DNA of 37,318 nucleotides from a virus: the IMG/VR virus record IMGVR_UViG_3300028584_000261, positions 1 through 37,318 of that record. One strand, 5' to 3'. A program made the translations under genes and the position numbers. The stretch's first letter is position 1; every line of letters begins with the position of its first letter. Positions 5,935 through 14,586 of this stretch are shown in pieces. Under the pieces are notes generated by a model. It saw only the letters and a list, made by a program, of their open reading frames with translations. It was not told where the DNA came from and did not search any database.

Positions 5935-8507
5935 CAGTTACTCCCGTCAGTCAGTGCGGCGCCGCGCCGAACGGCGAGCGGATCCATGGCCATCATGGGC
6001 AGCATTTCGGCCTTCATCCGCTGCATGATCGAGTCGCCCAGCGCTTGCGAGGTGGCTTGGTCGGCGCCCTGGATGGTGATCACGGGCGCGAACGTGGTTT
6101 GCCGGTTGTCGGTATTGGTCACGATCTCTTTCGCGGTCGCCTCGGGCGAGCTCAGCCGGTCGACCAGGGCGCCCAACTTCTCGCCAATCCACTCGCCCGC
6201 GCTGCTGCCCGCCAGGCCGCCAATGGCCCCGCCCACCAGGCCGCCCGCAGCCGTACCAACAATGGGCACGACCGACCCCAGCGCAGCGCCCGCAGCCGCA
6301 CCGGCCCACATGCCGCCGAGCCCGCCAGCGGTGCTGCCAGCAGCGCCGCCGATCTCCTCGCCGGTGCCGCCGTCGCTGATCACGCTCGCCAGGTTCATCG
6401 CGCCCGCCGCGAGGACGAGCGGCGCCGCGCCACGGCCAGCAAGGCCAGCCAGCTTGCCGGCAAGCCCCCTACCGCCTCCTCGACCACCCTTGCCGCCCTT
6501 GCCGCCCTTTCCACCTACGTCGGCGCCACCCAAGCCGCCAGCGGTTCCCAGGCGAGCCATGGCGGCGTTCAGGCGCAGGACCGCAGCGTCGGCCGTGGTA
6601 GCCGAGCGCAGTGTCGTGGCGTCGAGCTTTGCGCGAGCCAGCCCGGCCCGGTTGAACGCCTGGCCAACCATCAGCCCGACGAACTTCAAGCCGAGCGCGC
6701 CGACCTTGAGCGCGGCCAAGCCGCCAGCGGCGACGGCAAGGCCGGAGGTGATCATCGGGAACGTCTCGGCGAACCAGGACATACCGTCGACCAGGGCGCC
6801 GAGCGGCACGAGCGTGGCATTCAGGGCCGGTAACATCGCGTTGCCGACCAGAGTCGAAAGGCGCGTCAGGCGCGCGACGAAGGCATCCCAGCCACCGCGT
6901 GCCGTGTTCGCCTTGCTCTCGGCCTCGGTCATCATCGAGCCAGCACGGTCGGCCGAATTGGCCACCATGCCGAACGCTCGCTCGACCTCGCCCAGGTTCT
7001 GCAGCATCGGCATGATCGCGCCGATCGACTCCGAGCCGAACAACTGCGTAGTCAGCGCCGATTGCTCCTCGATCGGCTGCGCCTTGATGGCTTTCAGCAC
7101 TTCCATGATCGTGCCCGGGGCGTCCTGTTGCATCTGCCGCGCCAGGTCGCCGGGGTCCATGCCAAGGCTCGACCAGGCCTCGCGCTGCCCCTTCGTCGAC
7201 GCATCACCCTTGGTCAGCGCCGCCAGGAAGTTTTTCATGCCGGTACCGGCGATTTCCTTCTCGGTGCCCGGGTTGAGCAGAGCAGCCGACAGCGCCGCGC
7301 TTTGCTCAGGCTTCAAGCCGGAGGCCTGCCCCACCGCACCATAGCGCTTCACGACGGCGGCGATGTCGGCCGGCGAGGCGTTAAAGCTGTTGCCGAGGTG
7401 GTTCGTTGCGTTGGCCAGGTCGAGCGTTTTCTCCCGATCGAGACCCATGGACGCACGCCAGCCGGCCATGATCGAACCGGCGTCCTCGGCGCCAAGGTCG
7501 AACGCGCCGCCCATGATCGCCGCGTCGCGGGTGAAGTCCATCACCGCCCGTTGCTTGCCCTCGGACGTTTTCTCGGCGTTGCCGATGCCCGATTGCCCTG
7601 CCGCGTACTGGATCTTTGCCAGGTCGACGGCGGTGATGCCGCCGGAGGAGATCAGCCGGTCGCTCGCCAGTTTCAGGTTCGCGTTCGACATCTCCTCGCG
7701 CTGATTGCCCTCGAACTTGATCACCTTTGCCACGTCGGCCATGGCGACTTCGAGCTCCATCGCCTGCGCGACCGGCTTGGCGGCCATGTAGCCGATGGCG
7801 GCGGTCTCGACCATCTGCCCCCGGAGATCCGCGCGCGCGGCCCGATTGCCCTCGATACGCCCTTGCGCCTGGCGCACCGCTTCCAGGCGAGTCCGCTGCG
7901 CCTGCAGCGCGGCGTTCGCCTGCTCGGTCGCAGACTCGAGGCGCTTCTGCTCGGTCGCCAGCTTCGCGGTATCCACGCCGGCGCCGGTCAAGGACGTCTC
8001 GAGGCGCTTTAGCTGGTTCGCTTCCGCGCGCTGCGCCGCCTCGAGCGTGCGAACGCTCGCGGTGTTCTTGTCCTGCGCGGTCTCCAGCTTCTTGACCTCG
8101 GCCGTCGCGCCGGCAAGGGATGAGCCGAGTTGCTGCTGCGCGGCACGGGCCTTGCTGACCTCGGCGGCACTGGCCCCGGTCGCGGTTTCCAGCTTTTTGA
8201 GGGATGCGGACGCCGCCACATACTCGACGCCGAGCTGCTCGACCTTGGCCGCCGCATCGGCATGCGCGCGGCCGAGACTGGCTTGCTCGACGCGGGCCTG
8301 CTGCAGCATGACCTTCGTTTTGCCGAGCTGACCCTCGAGCTTCACGTAACCGGAAACGTCGCGCGCCGTGCTGTTGAGCTTAGAGATTTCGGTGCGCGTG
8401 GCCTTGATGTCCTCCTCGAGCTCGCCGGCTTTCTTGCTGAAATCGCCGAACGTCTTCGAGAAGGCGTCGACGGCGGCCAACCGCAGGGAATACTTCGATT
8501 CAGCCAT
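5934..8507 (-). CDS. Tail tape measure protein
   Basis: 857 aa. N-terminal coiled-coil region, central conserved TMP core, C-terminal Gly-rich (GGKGGKGGKGGRGGG / GxxxG zipper) region. Lies downstream of the chaperone frameshift pair. Confidence 0.9.
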   Translation of the reverse strand: MAESKYSLRLAAVDAFSKTFGDFSKKAGELEEDIKATRTEISKLNSTARDVSGYVKLEGQLGKTKVMLQQARVEQASLGRAHADAAAKVEQLGVEYVAASASLKKLETATGASAAEVSKARAAQQQLGSSLAGATAEVKKLETAQDKNTASVRTLEAAQRAEANQLKRLETSLTGAGVDTAKLATEQKRLESATEQANAALQAQRTRLEAVRQAQGRIEGNRAARADLRGQMVETAAIGYMAAKPVAQAMELEVAMADVAKVIKFEGNQREEMSNANLKLASDRLISSGGITAVDLAKIQYAAGQSGIGNAEKTSEGKQRAVMDFTRDAAIMGGAFDLGAEDAGSIMAGWRASMGLDREKTLDLANATNHLGNSFNASPADIAAVVKRYGAVGQASGLKPEQSAALSAALLNPGTEKEIAGTGMKNFLAALTKGDASTKGQREAWSSLGMDPGDLARQMQQDAPGTIMEVLKAIKAQPIEEQSALTTQLFGSESIGAIMPMLQNLGEVERAFGMVANSADRAGSMMTEAESKANTARGGWDAFVARLTRLSTLVGNAMLPALNATLVPLGALVDGMSWFAETFPMITSGLAVAAGGLAALKVGALGLKFVGLMVGQAFNRAGLARAKLDATTLRSATTADAAVLRLNAAMARLGTAGGLGGADVGGKGGKGGKGGRGGGRGLAGKLAGLAGRGAAPLVLAAGAMNLASVISDGGTGEEIGGAAGSTAGGLGGMWAGAAAGAALGSVVPIVGTAAGGLVGGAIGGLAGSSAGEWIGEKLGALVDRLSSPEATAKEIVTNTDNRQTTFAPVITIQGADQATSQALGDSIMQRMKAEMLPMMAMDPLAVRRGAALTDGSN

Positions 8508-8513
8508 GCCCCA

Positions 8514-9202
8514 TTACTCCCGTTTCACGCCGAGGCGCGCGAGCGCCAGTTCATAGCGCCGCAAACCCTTGCCGGCGTCCCACTCCAGAATTTCCGCCTC
8601 GCTCACGTGGTAAACGAGGGGCACGACATCGAGGATCACTTCGATGTCGCGCTCCGAAAGTAGTCCGCCGGTTTGTTCAAAAAATCACTTAGCCGCCCCT
8701 GCAACTGGTGCCAGTCGGGCAGCGACAACTTCACGATGTCTGCCGGCGGAATGCCGGCGCAATGCGAGCTGATGAAGTCGGCGGCCTTGATCGGATCCTT
8801 CTCGGCCATCATCACCTTCGTCGCCTTCATCGTCGGCACCTGCAGGCGGATGCGGTCGATGGTCTGGCCGAAACTACGGATCGGCACGAGCAGCGGCGCG
8901 TCGTCCGGGTTTTCCGGCTTCTTTCCGGTGAAGAAAAAGGCCGGCTGGTTGACGTATTCGGCGAGCCAAGCGGAAAGACTGACGTAGTCCGGGCGCTTGA
9001 GCTCCTCGATCGTCTCGAGCGTCAGGCCGGTCGCCAGGACAGCCAGCTCCTCGAAACGGGCATCCTCGTCGGCACCGGCGCGAGCGAGCGCGGCGCGATG
9101 CTCCTCGACGGTGAAGGCGCGCGGGTTCAGGGTTTCGAGTTTCGAGCCGTCGGGTAGTTGAATCGGCCAGTGCAGCGGCAGCGGTTTAGGCGTCCAGGTC
9201 AT
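8514..9202 (-). CDS. gpE+E'-like -1 frameshift product of the tail chaperone
   Basis: Slippery T TTT TTG on the minus strand (8684..8678), in the same phase as in P2. The -1 frame stays open for about 55 codons (EQTGGLLSERDIEV...YELALARLGVKRE) to a TAA at 8516..8514, just before the tape-measure ATG. Confidence 0.7.
8636..9202 (-). CDS. Tail assembly chaperone, gpE-like (188 aa, apparently two tandem gpE-like halves)
   Basis: Sits between tube and tape measure. Ends just after the slippery heptamer. RBS GGAAGGA. Confidence 0.75.
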   Translation of the reverse strand: MTWTPKPLPLHWPIQLPDGSKLETLNPRAFTVEEHRAALARAGADEDARFEELAVLATGLTLETIEELKRPDYVSLSAWLAEYVNQPAFFFTGKKPENPDDAPLLVPIRSFGQTIDRIRLQVPTMKATKVMMAEKDPIKAADFISSHCAGIPPADIVKLSLPDWHQLQGRLSDFLNKPADYFRSATSK

Positions 9203-9224
9203 GCGGGTTTTCCTTCCAGAAACG

Positions 9225-9248
9225 AAAAAGCCGCCCGGAGGCGGCTTT
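9225..9248 (-). terminator. Intra-operon terminator/attenuator after the tube gene
   Basis: Minus strand AGCCGCC-TCCG-GGCGGCT followed by TTTTTCGTTT. Confidence 0.6.
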
Positions 9249-9264
9249 AGGTGGGTTGCGGCGG

Positions 9265-9771
9265 TTACACCATGCCGACGAGTCGGCGGGCGCCCTTGAT
9301 CATGTCAACGCCGTTGATCACGATCTTTTGCGTGCGGGTGTTGATGTCGATCACCGGCACGCCCATTTCGGCGCGGGTGTAGGTGATGAGGGCTATCTCG
9401 AGAATCGTGACTTTCTTGTCCTTCATCTTGAGGGTTTTCTCCTCGAGCTTTTTCAGCTTGCCGCCACATACGTGGTAACTCACCCATTCGTTACCGTCGC
9501 CATCCTCGCCGGCTTCTTGCACGGTCAGCAGGACGTTATCGCCCCCGCTGACGCCGAGGGCGGTCATGATCGGCAGGCCGACGCCCTGGATCGTGAGTTT
9601 CGCGGTCAGGGCTTTCAGGCCCTTGGCCTGCTCCTCGCTGATGAAACGGCCGCCCTGGAACTCCTCCATTTCGAATTCGATCGGGGGCGGATCGAACTCC
9701 TCAAGGGTCTGCATCAATGGCAAACCTTGCAGGGTTGCCGCCATCGCTTGTCTAACGCGGTTCGTGAACAT
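9265..9771 (-). CDS. Tail tube protein (P2 FII-like)
   Basis: 168 aa immediately after the sheath gene (TAATG overlap). Size and position typical of contractile-tail tube proteins. Confidence 0.8.
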   Translation of the reverse strand: MFTNRVRQAMAATLQGLPLMQTLEEFDPPPIEFEMEEFQGGRFISEEQAKGLKALTAKLTIQGVGLPIMTALGVSGGDNVLLTVQEAGEDGDGNEWVSYHVCGGKLKKLEEKTLKMKDKKVTILEIALITYTRAEMGVPVIDINTRTQKIVINGVDMIKGARRLVGMV

Positions 9772-10937
9772 TAAAGGACGTCCTCCAGGAACTCTTCGAT
9801 GATTTCATCGGTGGCGTTGAGCTGGTAGATCATGTGCTCGTTCGGCGCGTAGCGGCCGTAATCGATGCAGACGTACCAGGTGCCGTTTTTGTACTTCTCG
9901 ACGCTGTTCAGCTCGGGGTGCAGGTAAACCCGCCCGCCCGGGATGGTCTCGTCGGCCACGAGCGTCTGAATCCAGTCGTCAATTCGCTTGACTTCCTGCT
10001 CCATGAACGACGTCGTCAGATTCTTCGCCATCGCCTTTTGCGCCGCTTTCACGAGCTTTCGGGTGATGGCGTCCTCGAGGCCGACGTAACTGATGAACTT
10101 GCCGGTGATCGAGCGGTTGCCGATCAGCGAGAAGCCGCCCAGGGTGGTCCGCGCGTAGTAGCTGACGCCGTAGCGGTTGAGCAGATCGCCCTCGGTCGAC
10201 TTGTCGAGGATGTTGTACTCGACGGTGCGCGACACGTCGGCCGCGTAGGTCACCTGGTTGCCCGGGCTTTCCCACTGCTTGACCGCGGCCATGGCGGCGA
10301 TAGCCAGGCTCGAGGGCGGCAGGAACACGTTGGCCTTTGCCGCCTTGGAGTAGATCGCCGGCATCTGGTGCACCATGTAGCCGCGGTCGTAGCCAAGGGC
10401 AGCACCGCCGATCGCCTCGCTGTTGGTCACCTGGTTGGCCACCGTGGCGTCGAGGCCATCGAACACAAAGCGCGCGCGGATCCGCTTACCCAGGCTGGCC
10501 AGCTCGCTGTGCACTGCCTGCTTATCCGAGAAGCCAGGGGCGCCGATGATGGTCGGCACCTCGGCGCAGTTGGCCAGGGCCTGCAGGCCGAGCTTCTGCC
10601 CGGACGTGGCATCGACACCACCGATCACCGCGTTAACGGTGTCGGCCGGGGTCGCGCCCGCCTGCACCACCACCACATAGACCGGCACCTTGACCACTTT
10701 CAGGATCTGGTGGACAGCATGGTAAAGCGTGCCCTCCTCGGTTCCGGTCGGATCCAGCAGCGCGGCCAGGGTAAAGCTGTTGATGCGGAAGGGGGAATTC
10801 AGCGGGATGCTGGCGTCCTTTTTCGGCGCGGTACCGACCAGGCCGACGACGTTGTCGCCAAGCCCACCCATCGCCTCGGGAGATTCCGTCGCCTCGATAG
10901 AGACGCCGTTGTGCTCGAAATTGGTTACCTCGGCCAT
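9771..10937 (-). CDS. Tail sheath protein (P2 FI-like)
   Basis: 388 aa. Sheath-tube-chaperone-TMP gene order. Confidence 0.85.
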   Translation of the reverse strand: MAEVTNFEHNGVSIEATESPEAMGGLGDNVVGLVGTAPKKDASIPLNSPFRINSFTLAALLDPTGTEEGTLYHAVHQILKVVKVPVYVVVVQAGATPADTVNAVIGGVDATSGQKLGLQALANCAEVPTIIGAPGFSDKQAVHSELASLGKRIRARFVFDGLDATVANQVTNSEAIGGAALGYDRGYMVHQMPAIYSKAAKANVFLPPSSLAIAAMAAVKQWESPGNQVTYAADVSRTVEYNILDKSTEGDLLNRYGVSYYARTTLGGFSLIGNRSITGKFISYVGLEDAITRKLVKAAQKAMAKNLTTSFMEQEVKRIDDWIQTLVADETIPGGRVYLHPELNSVEKYKNGTWYVCIDYGRYAPNEHMIYQLNATDEIIEEFLEDVL

Positions 10938-10939
10938 GT

Positions 10940-11140
10940 TCAGTCCTTAGCGGTGGTTTTCTTGGTGGTAGCCGGCGCGGCCGTTTCGGCCTCGAGATCG
11001 GCAGTCAGTTTGATGCGGCCAGCCTGGCGCAATGCCTGGGCCTCGACCTCGAGCAGATCGACCTGGTCGCCCTTGCTCGTCCAGTGGCCGCCGCCCTTCG
11101 GGTAGGGCACGAGCACGGTGTAGTTTTTGCGGTTGGCCAT
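10940..11140 (-). CDS. Small conserved protein preceding the sheath gene (66 aa)
   Basis: Tightly packed ORF with GC3 bias. Function not recognisable. Confidence 0.55.
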   Translation of the reverse strand: MANRKNYTVLVPYPKGGGHWTSKGDQVDLLEVEAQALRQAGRIKLTADLEAETAAPATTKKTTAKD

Positions 11141-11153
11141 GGTGGCGTTCTCC

Positions 11154-11828
11154 CTAGATGGCTTTCGCCGGGTTGATCTTGAAGGTCATGCCCTTGCCGG
11201 GCTCGGCGGTGTCCTGGTGCGCGGGCTTGATCTTGTAACCAAGGCGCACCACAAAGGCCCTGGCAGGCCCATAGGGCAGCGCCAGATAAAAGCCATACCA
11301 ACGGGAGACCCCGCCCCGGCGGCGTGCGCTGACGAACTGCCAGCCCCCTTGCCCGGGCTTGTCCTCGACGGCGTAGTCGCCGAGGTAGCGGATCTCGCAC
11401 TCGCTCACCGGGCAGTTGAAGCCAGGCACCAGGCGCAGGTTGTTGACCGGATTGCGCACCGCGGCCCACCACCAGCGCGCGAGCCACGAATCGACGGCGA
11501 GCCAGTCGACCGTAAAGCCGAGGCGGCGCAGCAATGGCAACAGGCCGAACAGCACCAGGTCGTCGCAGTTGTCAGCCCACCAGCGACGCTTGTCGCCGTC
11601 CAGGCCGTCGAAGTCATTGCCGAACAGCCAGGCCCAGGCCGGCAGGTTCCAGATCCGCCGGCTATCGCTAAGCGAGAAGCACGGCAACGCGGACGGCAGC
11701 GCTATGGCCACCACCGGCAGGCCGACGATGATCAGCGCCACGCGCACCACCAGGAGCACCGACCATTGCAGCAGGGCGAGCAGGATATCGAGGCACGACA
11801 AAGCGCCTCGCTTGAGTCGATCAAGCAT
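11154..11828 (-). CDS. Trp-rich integral membrane protein of unknown function inside the tail cluster (224 aa)
   Basis: Start moved to MLDRLKRG (AAGGA RBS), because the longer ORF begins inside the upstream terminator hairpin. Two N-terminal TM helices (LDILLALLQWSVLLVVRVALIIVGLPVVAIAL). No structural-protein motif. Confidence 0.6.
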   Translation of the reverse strand: MLDRLKRGALSCLDILLALLQWSVLLVVRVALIIVGLPVVAIALPSALPCFSLSDSRRIWNLPAWAWLFGNDFDGLDGDKRRWWADNCDDLVLFGLLPLLRRLGFTVDWLAVDSWLARWWWAAVRNPVNNLRLVPGFNCPVSECEIRYLGDYAVEDKPGQGGWQFVSARRRGGVSRWYGFYLALPYGPARAFVVRLGYKIKPAHQDTAEPGKGMTFKINPAKAI

Positions 11829-11850
11829 GGTTGTTTTTCCTTGCAGGTAG

Positions 11851-11880
11851 AAACGAAAACGCCCCGATAGCCGGGGCGTC
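11851..11880 (-). terminator. Intra-operon terminator after the tail fiber assembly gene
   Basis: Minus strand ACGCCCCG-GCTAT-CGGGGCGT followed by TTTTCGTTT. Confidence 0.65.
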
Positions 11881-11910
11881 AATCAACAGTGATGGCGAGC
11901 GCCAACGGCA

Positions 11911-12468
11911 TCAGGCAGGCCAGGGATACTCGGCCTTAATTTCCGCATAGCGCACCGCGCCCTGATCACGCAGAGCCTCCCAGCCGGCTTCGCCCATCGC
12001 CTGCATCCGTGAAACCTCGGCGAAGAAACGATCAGACCCCGCGACCGGGTCGGCGTAGGCCGCCAGGCGCTGCGCCTCGATCTGCTCAACAGTAAGGGGA
12101 GGAGGTAGCGCTTGCTCCGCTAGGAATGGGCGACCGGCTTCGTCGAAGTCGATCAGCTTGCCATTGGATTGACCTTCAATCAGCGAGGCGTGCTCTTCAT
12201 CGGTGATTTCCACGGCGTCTAGCGGGATACCGCATTGCGGGTTTTCCATTTCGATAACAGGGCATACAGCCTCCATATCGGGAATCTGGATGACTTTTGC
12301 GGCTTTGCTGTTATTGGTGATCGAGTTGTCACCGATAACGAGAATTTCGCCGGGCTGGACGGTAACCTGCTTTTCAGGGCGCACCCATTCTGGGTCGGCA
12401 ACAAGAATAGTTCTTGCGCCGTGGATTTCGGCGACATAGAAGCCGCGAGTTGTTTTAGATGCGAACAT
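11911..12468 (-). CDS. Tail fiber assembly protein/chaperone
   Basis: 185 aa directly downstream of the fiber gene. N-terminal GFY motif and C-terminal ...AEIKAEYPWP typical of the family. Confidence 0.75.
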   Translation of the reverse strand: MFASKTTRGFYVAEIHGARTILVADPEWVRPEKQVTVQPGEILVIGDNSITNNSKAAKVIQIPDMEAVCPVIEMENPQCGIPLDAVEITDEEHASLIEGQSNGKLIDFDEAGRPFLAEQALPPPLTVEQIEAQRLAAYADPVAGSDRFFAEVSRMQAMGEAGWEALRDQGAVRYAEIKAEYPWPA

Positions 12469-12481
12469 TTATTGCTTCCCC

Positions 12482-13960
12482 TTAGTAGCCAATGGCGAAC
12501 CATTCAATGCCCATCGCCGTTGCAGCACCTACAGACCCGCCAGATGCGTTAGTTGTATAGAACGCAAAACCGCTAACGGTCTGCAAATTGACGCTAGCCG
12601 AAGCATTGTATGGCGCGCTATTTCGAGGGGTGAGGAATGTTCTAAAATGTGAATTCGGAAAGGCGATAGGCAGCACGACACTGCCGACGCCTGAGCCATT
12701 GGATGTTGCAACTCCCCATTGGATGATAAAAAACCCGGTCGGCGAACTGGCATCCGGTATTCTTTTCACGCCATTTGGCAAAAGCGTTGATGCTAAACCC
12801 GGTTGAAATTTATCGCGGGCGGTGCCTGAAACGGCAAGCCATAGAGTGCCAGCACTGACCAGCGTCAGCGTGTCACCAATACTCAGCGCGTAGCTGACTT
12901 GGGCGACACCGTTTGCGCTCATAGTGTCCGCGCCATTTCTGAGGATTGACGCCCCATTCTGGCCCGTACAAATGAATGTGAAACTCGCCCCCTTTGGGAC
13001 GCTGGATAGCAGCGGAAGTGTGGTGTTCAAAGCCCCCGCAATCAGGTTAATTACGGCGCCGGCTTCACTAGCAAGAAGAACCGACGAGGTGTTCTTGCTT
13101 ATTTGGTCTTGGAAGTTACCCAGCGCGGCAAGCGGCGCAAAGCCCTGCGTCACATTCTGAAAAACCAGCGCCGTGGTGCCGAGCACAATGGCGCCATCGG
13201 TCACCAGCTGCCAGCGGGTGTCGGCCAGGGTCGCACCCTGCTCGATGGCCACCACCAGACCCGAGGTCACCTCGGGCGATCCATCGGCATCCGCAACGCG
13301 CAACCAGGCGCCGGCGGCAGCAGCATAAATGCCGTTATCCTTGCCGGCGGCCTGATTCTTGACCAGTACGCGGTCGCCCGTCGTCAGAGCCGCAGTCCAA
13401 TCACCACCCGCCTGCACCGCCAGGCCAGCCAGCCCGATAGGCGCCGTGGTCGTGTAGCGCACCGACTGCTTGTGGTCGAGCTTGGCGATCGAGCGATCGA
13501 CATAGTCGATCGAAGCCATGACGACCGTCGGGTCGGTTTTCAAGGTGACCGCCGAGGTGCTCGAGGTCAGGATCACCATGCGGATGGTTTTGGTCTCGTC
13601 GCTGCCCTGGCTTTGCACCGGCTTGTACTGCTCGGCGTGATTGCCGACGTAGATCAGGTCGCCCGCCGTGTCATAGAGCCCCAGCTCGCGGATTGTCCAG
13701 CCGCCAACCTCGGCGGGGATCACCAGCTCGGCCACCAACCAGTTAGGGTTGGTCTCGTGCTGATAGAGCTGGTTTAGCTGGGCGCGATACACCTCGTGCA
13801 CAAGCGCAAGCGCACCGGCGCCTGGCGAAACGATCGCGCCGTTACCGTCGCCGATGGCCATATGCGAGATCTGCACAGGCAAATTATTGGCCTGGCCATA
13901 GGTCATTTTGGCCGTGCCGACAGCCGTCGGCAGGGAATAAATTTGATCTGCTGGGGTCAT
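12482..13960 (-). CDS. Tail fiber protein (P2 gpH-like N-terminus, divergent C-terminal receptor-binding part)
   Basis: The N-terminal 170 aa parallel P2 gpH (ISHMAIGDGNG..., LVHEVYRAQLN, LVAELVIPAEVGGWTIRELGLYD, TVVMASIDYVD). The C-terminal half is lower in GC. Confidence 0.85.
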   Translation of the reverse strand: MTPADQIYSLPTAVGTAKMTYGQANNLPVQISHMAIGDGNGAIVSPGAGALALVHEVYRAQLNQLYQHETNPNWLVAELVIPAEVGGWTIRELGLYDTAGDLIYVGNHAEQYKPVQSQGSDETKTIRMVILTSSTSAVTLKTDPTVVMASIDYVDRSIAKLDHKQSVRYTTTAPIGLAGLAVQAGGDWTAALTTGDRVLVKNQAAGKDNGIYAAAAGAWLRVADADGSPEVTSGLVVAIEQGATLADTRWQLVTDGAIVLGTTALVFQNVTQGFAPLAALGNFQDQISKNTSSVLLASEAGAVINLIAGALNTTLPLLSSVPKGASFTFICTGQNGASILRNGADTMSANGVAQVSYALSIGDTLTLVSAGTLWLAVSGTARDKFQPGLASTLLPNGVKRIPDASSPTGFFIIQWGVATSNGSGVGSVVLPIAFPNSHFRTFLTPRNSAPYNASASVNLQTVSGFAFYTTNASGGSVGAATAMGIEWFAIGY

Positions 13961-14586
13961 TGCGGATACACCGTTGTGGTCGAGATCTCGACAAGGCCAA
14001 GGCCGTAATACAGAAGGCCCTGCACTTCGCTCTCGCGTTCGGAATAGGGATAAACAGTGGTCGTGCTGCCCGTGCTCACAGCGGCGCCGTAGTACAGGAA
14101 GCCCTGCACCTCGCTGATGATGTCGAGCGAGAGCTCGTCGCGTTCGGCCTTGGCGTCCGCCAGGCGGATACCGAGGCGGCGATTCGACTCGGCGTCGAAG
14201 GCACCCAAAGCGCGGGCCACCACGCGGATGCCGTAAGGGCTACCGTCTGGCGTTTCCGCGTGCCAGGCGATCACCTCGGGCAGCAGGCCGAGCGATTCGA
14301 CCGCCAGGGCCAGTGCCTTGCGGGTACCGGCCAGGCGCTTGATGGCCCAGGCGCTGGCCACCGTCTCGCGCTTCTCGCTTTCAGGCGCCGCCGGATCCCA
14401 CTCGCTGACGCCACGATCGGCTGCCAGGTACGGCAGGAACTCGGCCGGGGTGCGGCGCGGATCCATCAGCTCGGGGAATGGTGGCTCGATGCGCTCCAGG
14501 AGCTTGGCTAAAGCCAGGTCGAGACCCGCCTCGAGCAGCGAGCGGTTGGGCGGCAATACACTCAGGCGGGGCGCTTCATCACTCAT
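13957..14586 (-). CDS. Baseplate/tail protein, P2 gpI-like
   Basis: LPPNRSLLE...DPRRTPAEFLPYLAADRGVSEWD pattern of the gpI family. The C-terminus carries a tandem 25-aa repeat. Confidence 0.8.
   Translation of the reverse strand: MSDEAPRLSVLPPNRSLLEAGLDLALAKLLERIEPPFPELMDPRRTPAEFLPYLAADRGVSEWDPAAPESEKRETVASAWAIKRLAGTRKALALAVESLGLLPEVIAWHAETPDGSPYGIRVVARALGAFDAESNRRLGIRLADAKAERDELSLDIISEVQGFLYYGAAVSTGSTTTVYPYSERESEVQGLLYYGLGLVEISTTTVYPQ

Noticed and set aside
11829-11882. N-terminal extensions of tracked ORFs: 11154-11882 (also 26997-27275, 374-1075, 31408-35295, 35588-37207, 4120-5178, 29385-29780, 27465-27779)
   Set aside because: The upstream starts lie inside terminator hairpins or lack an RBS. 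Internal starts have good Shine-Dalgarno sequences or ATGA/TAATG coupling, and give canonical family N-termini.
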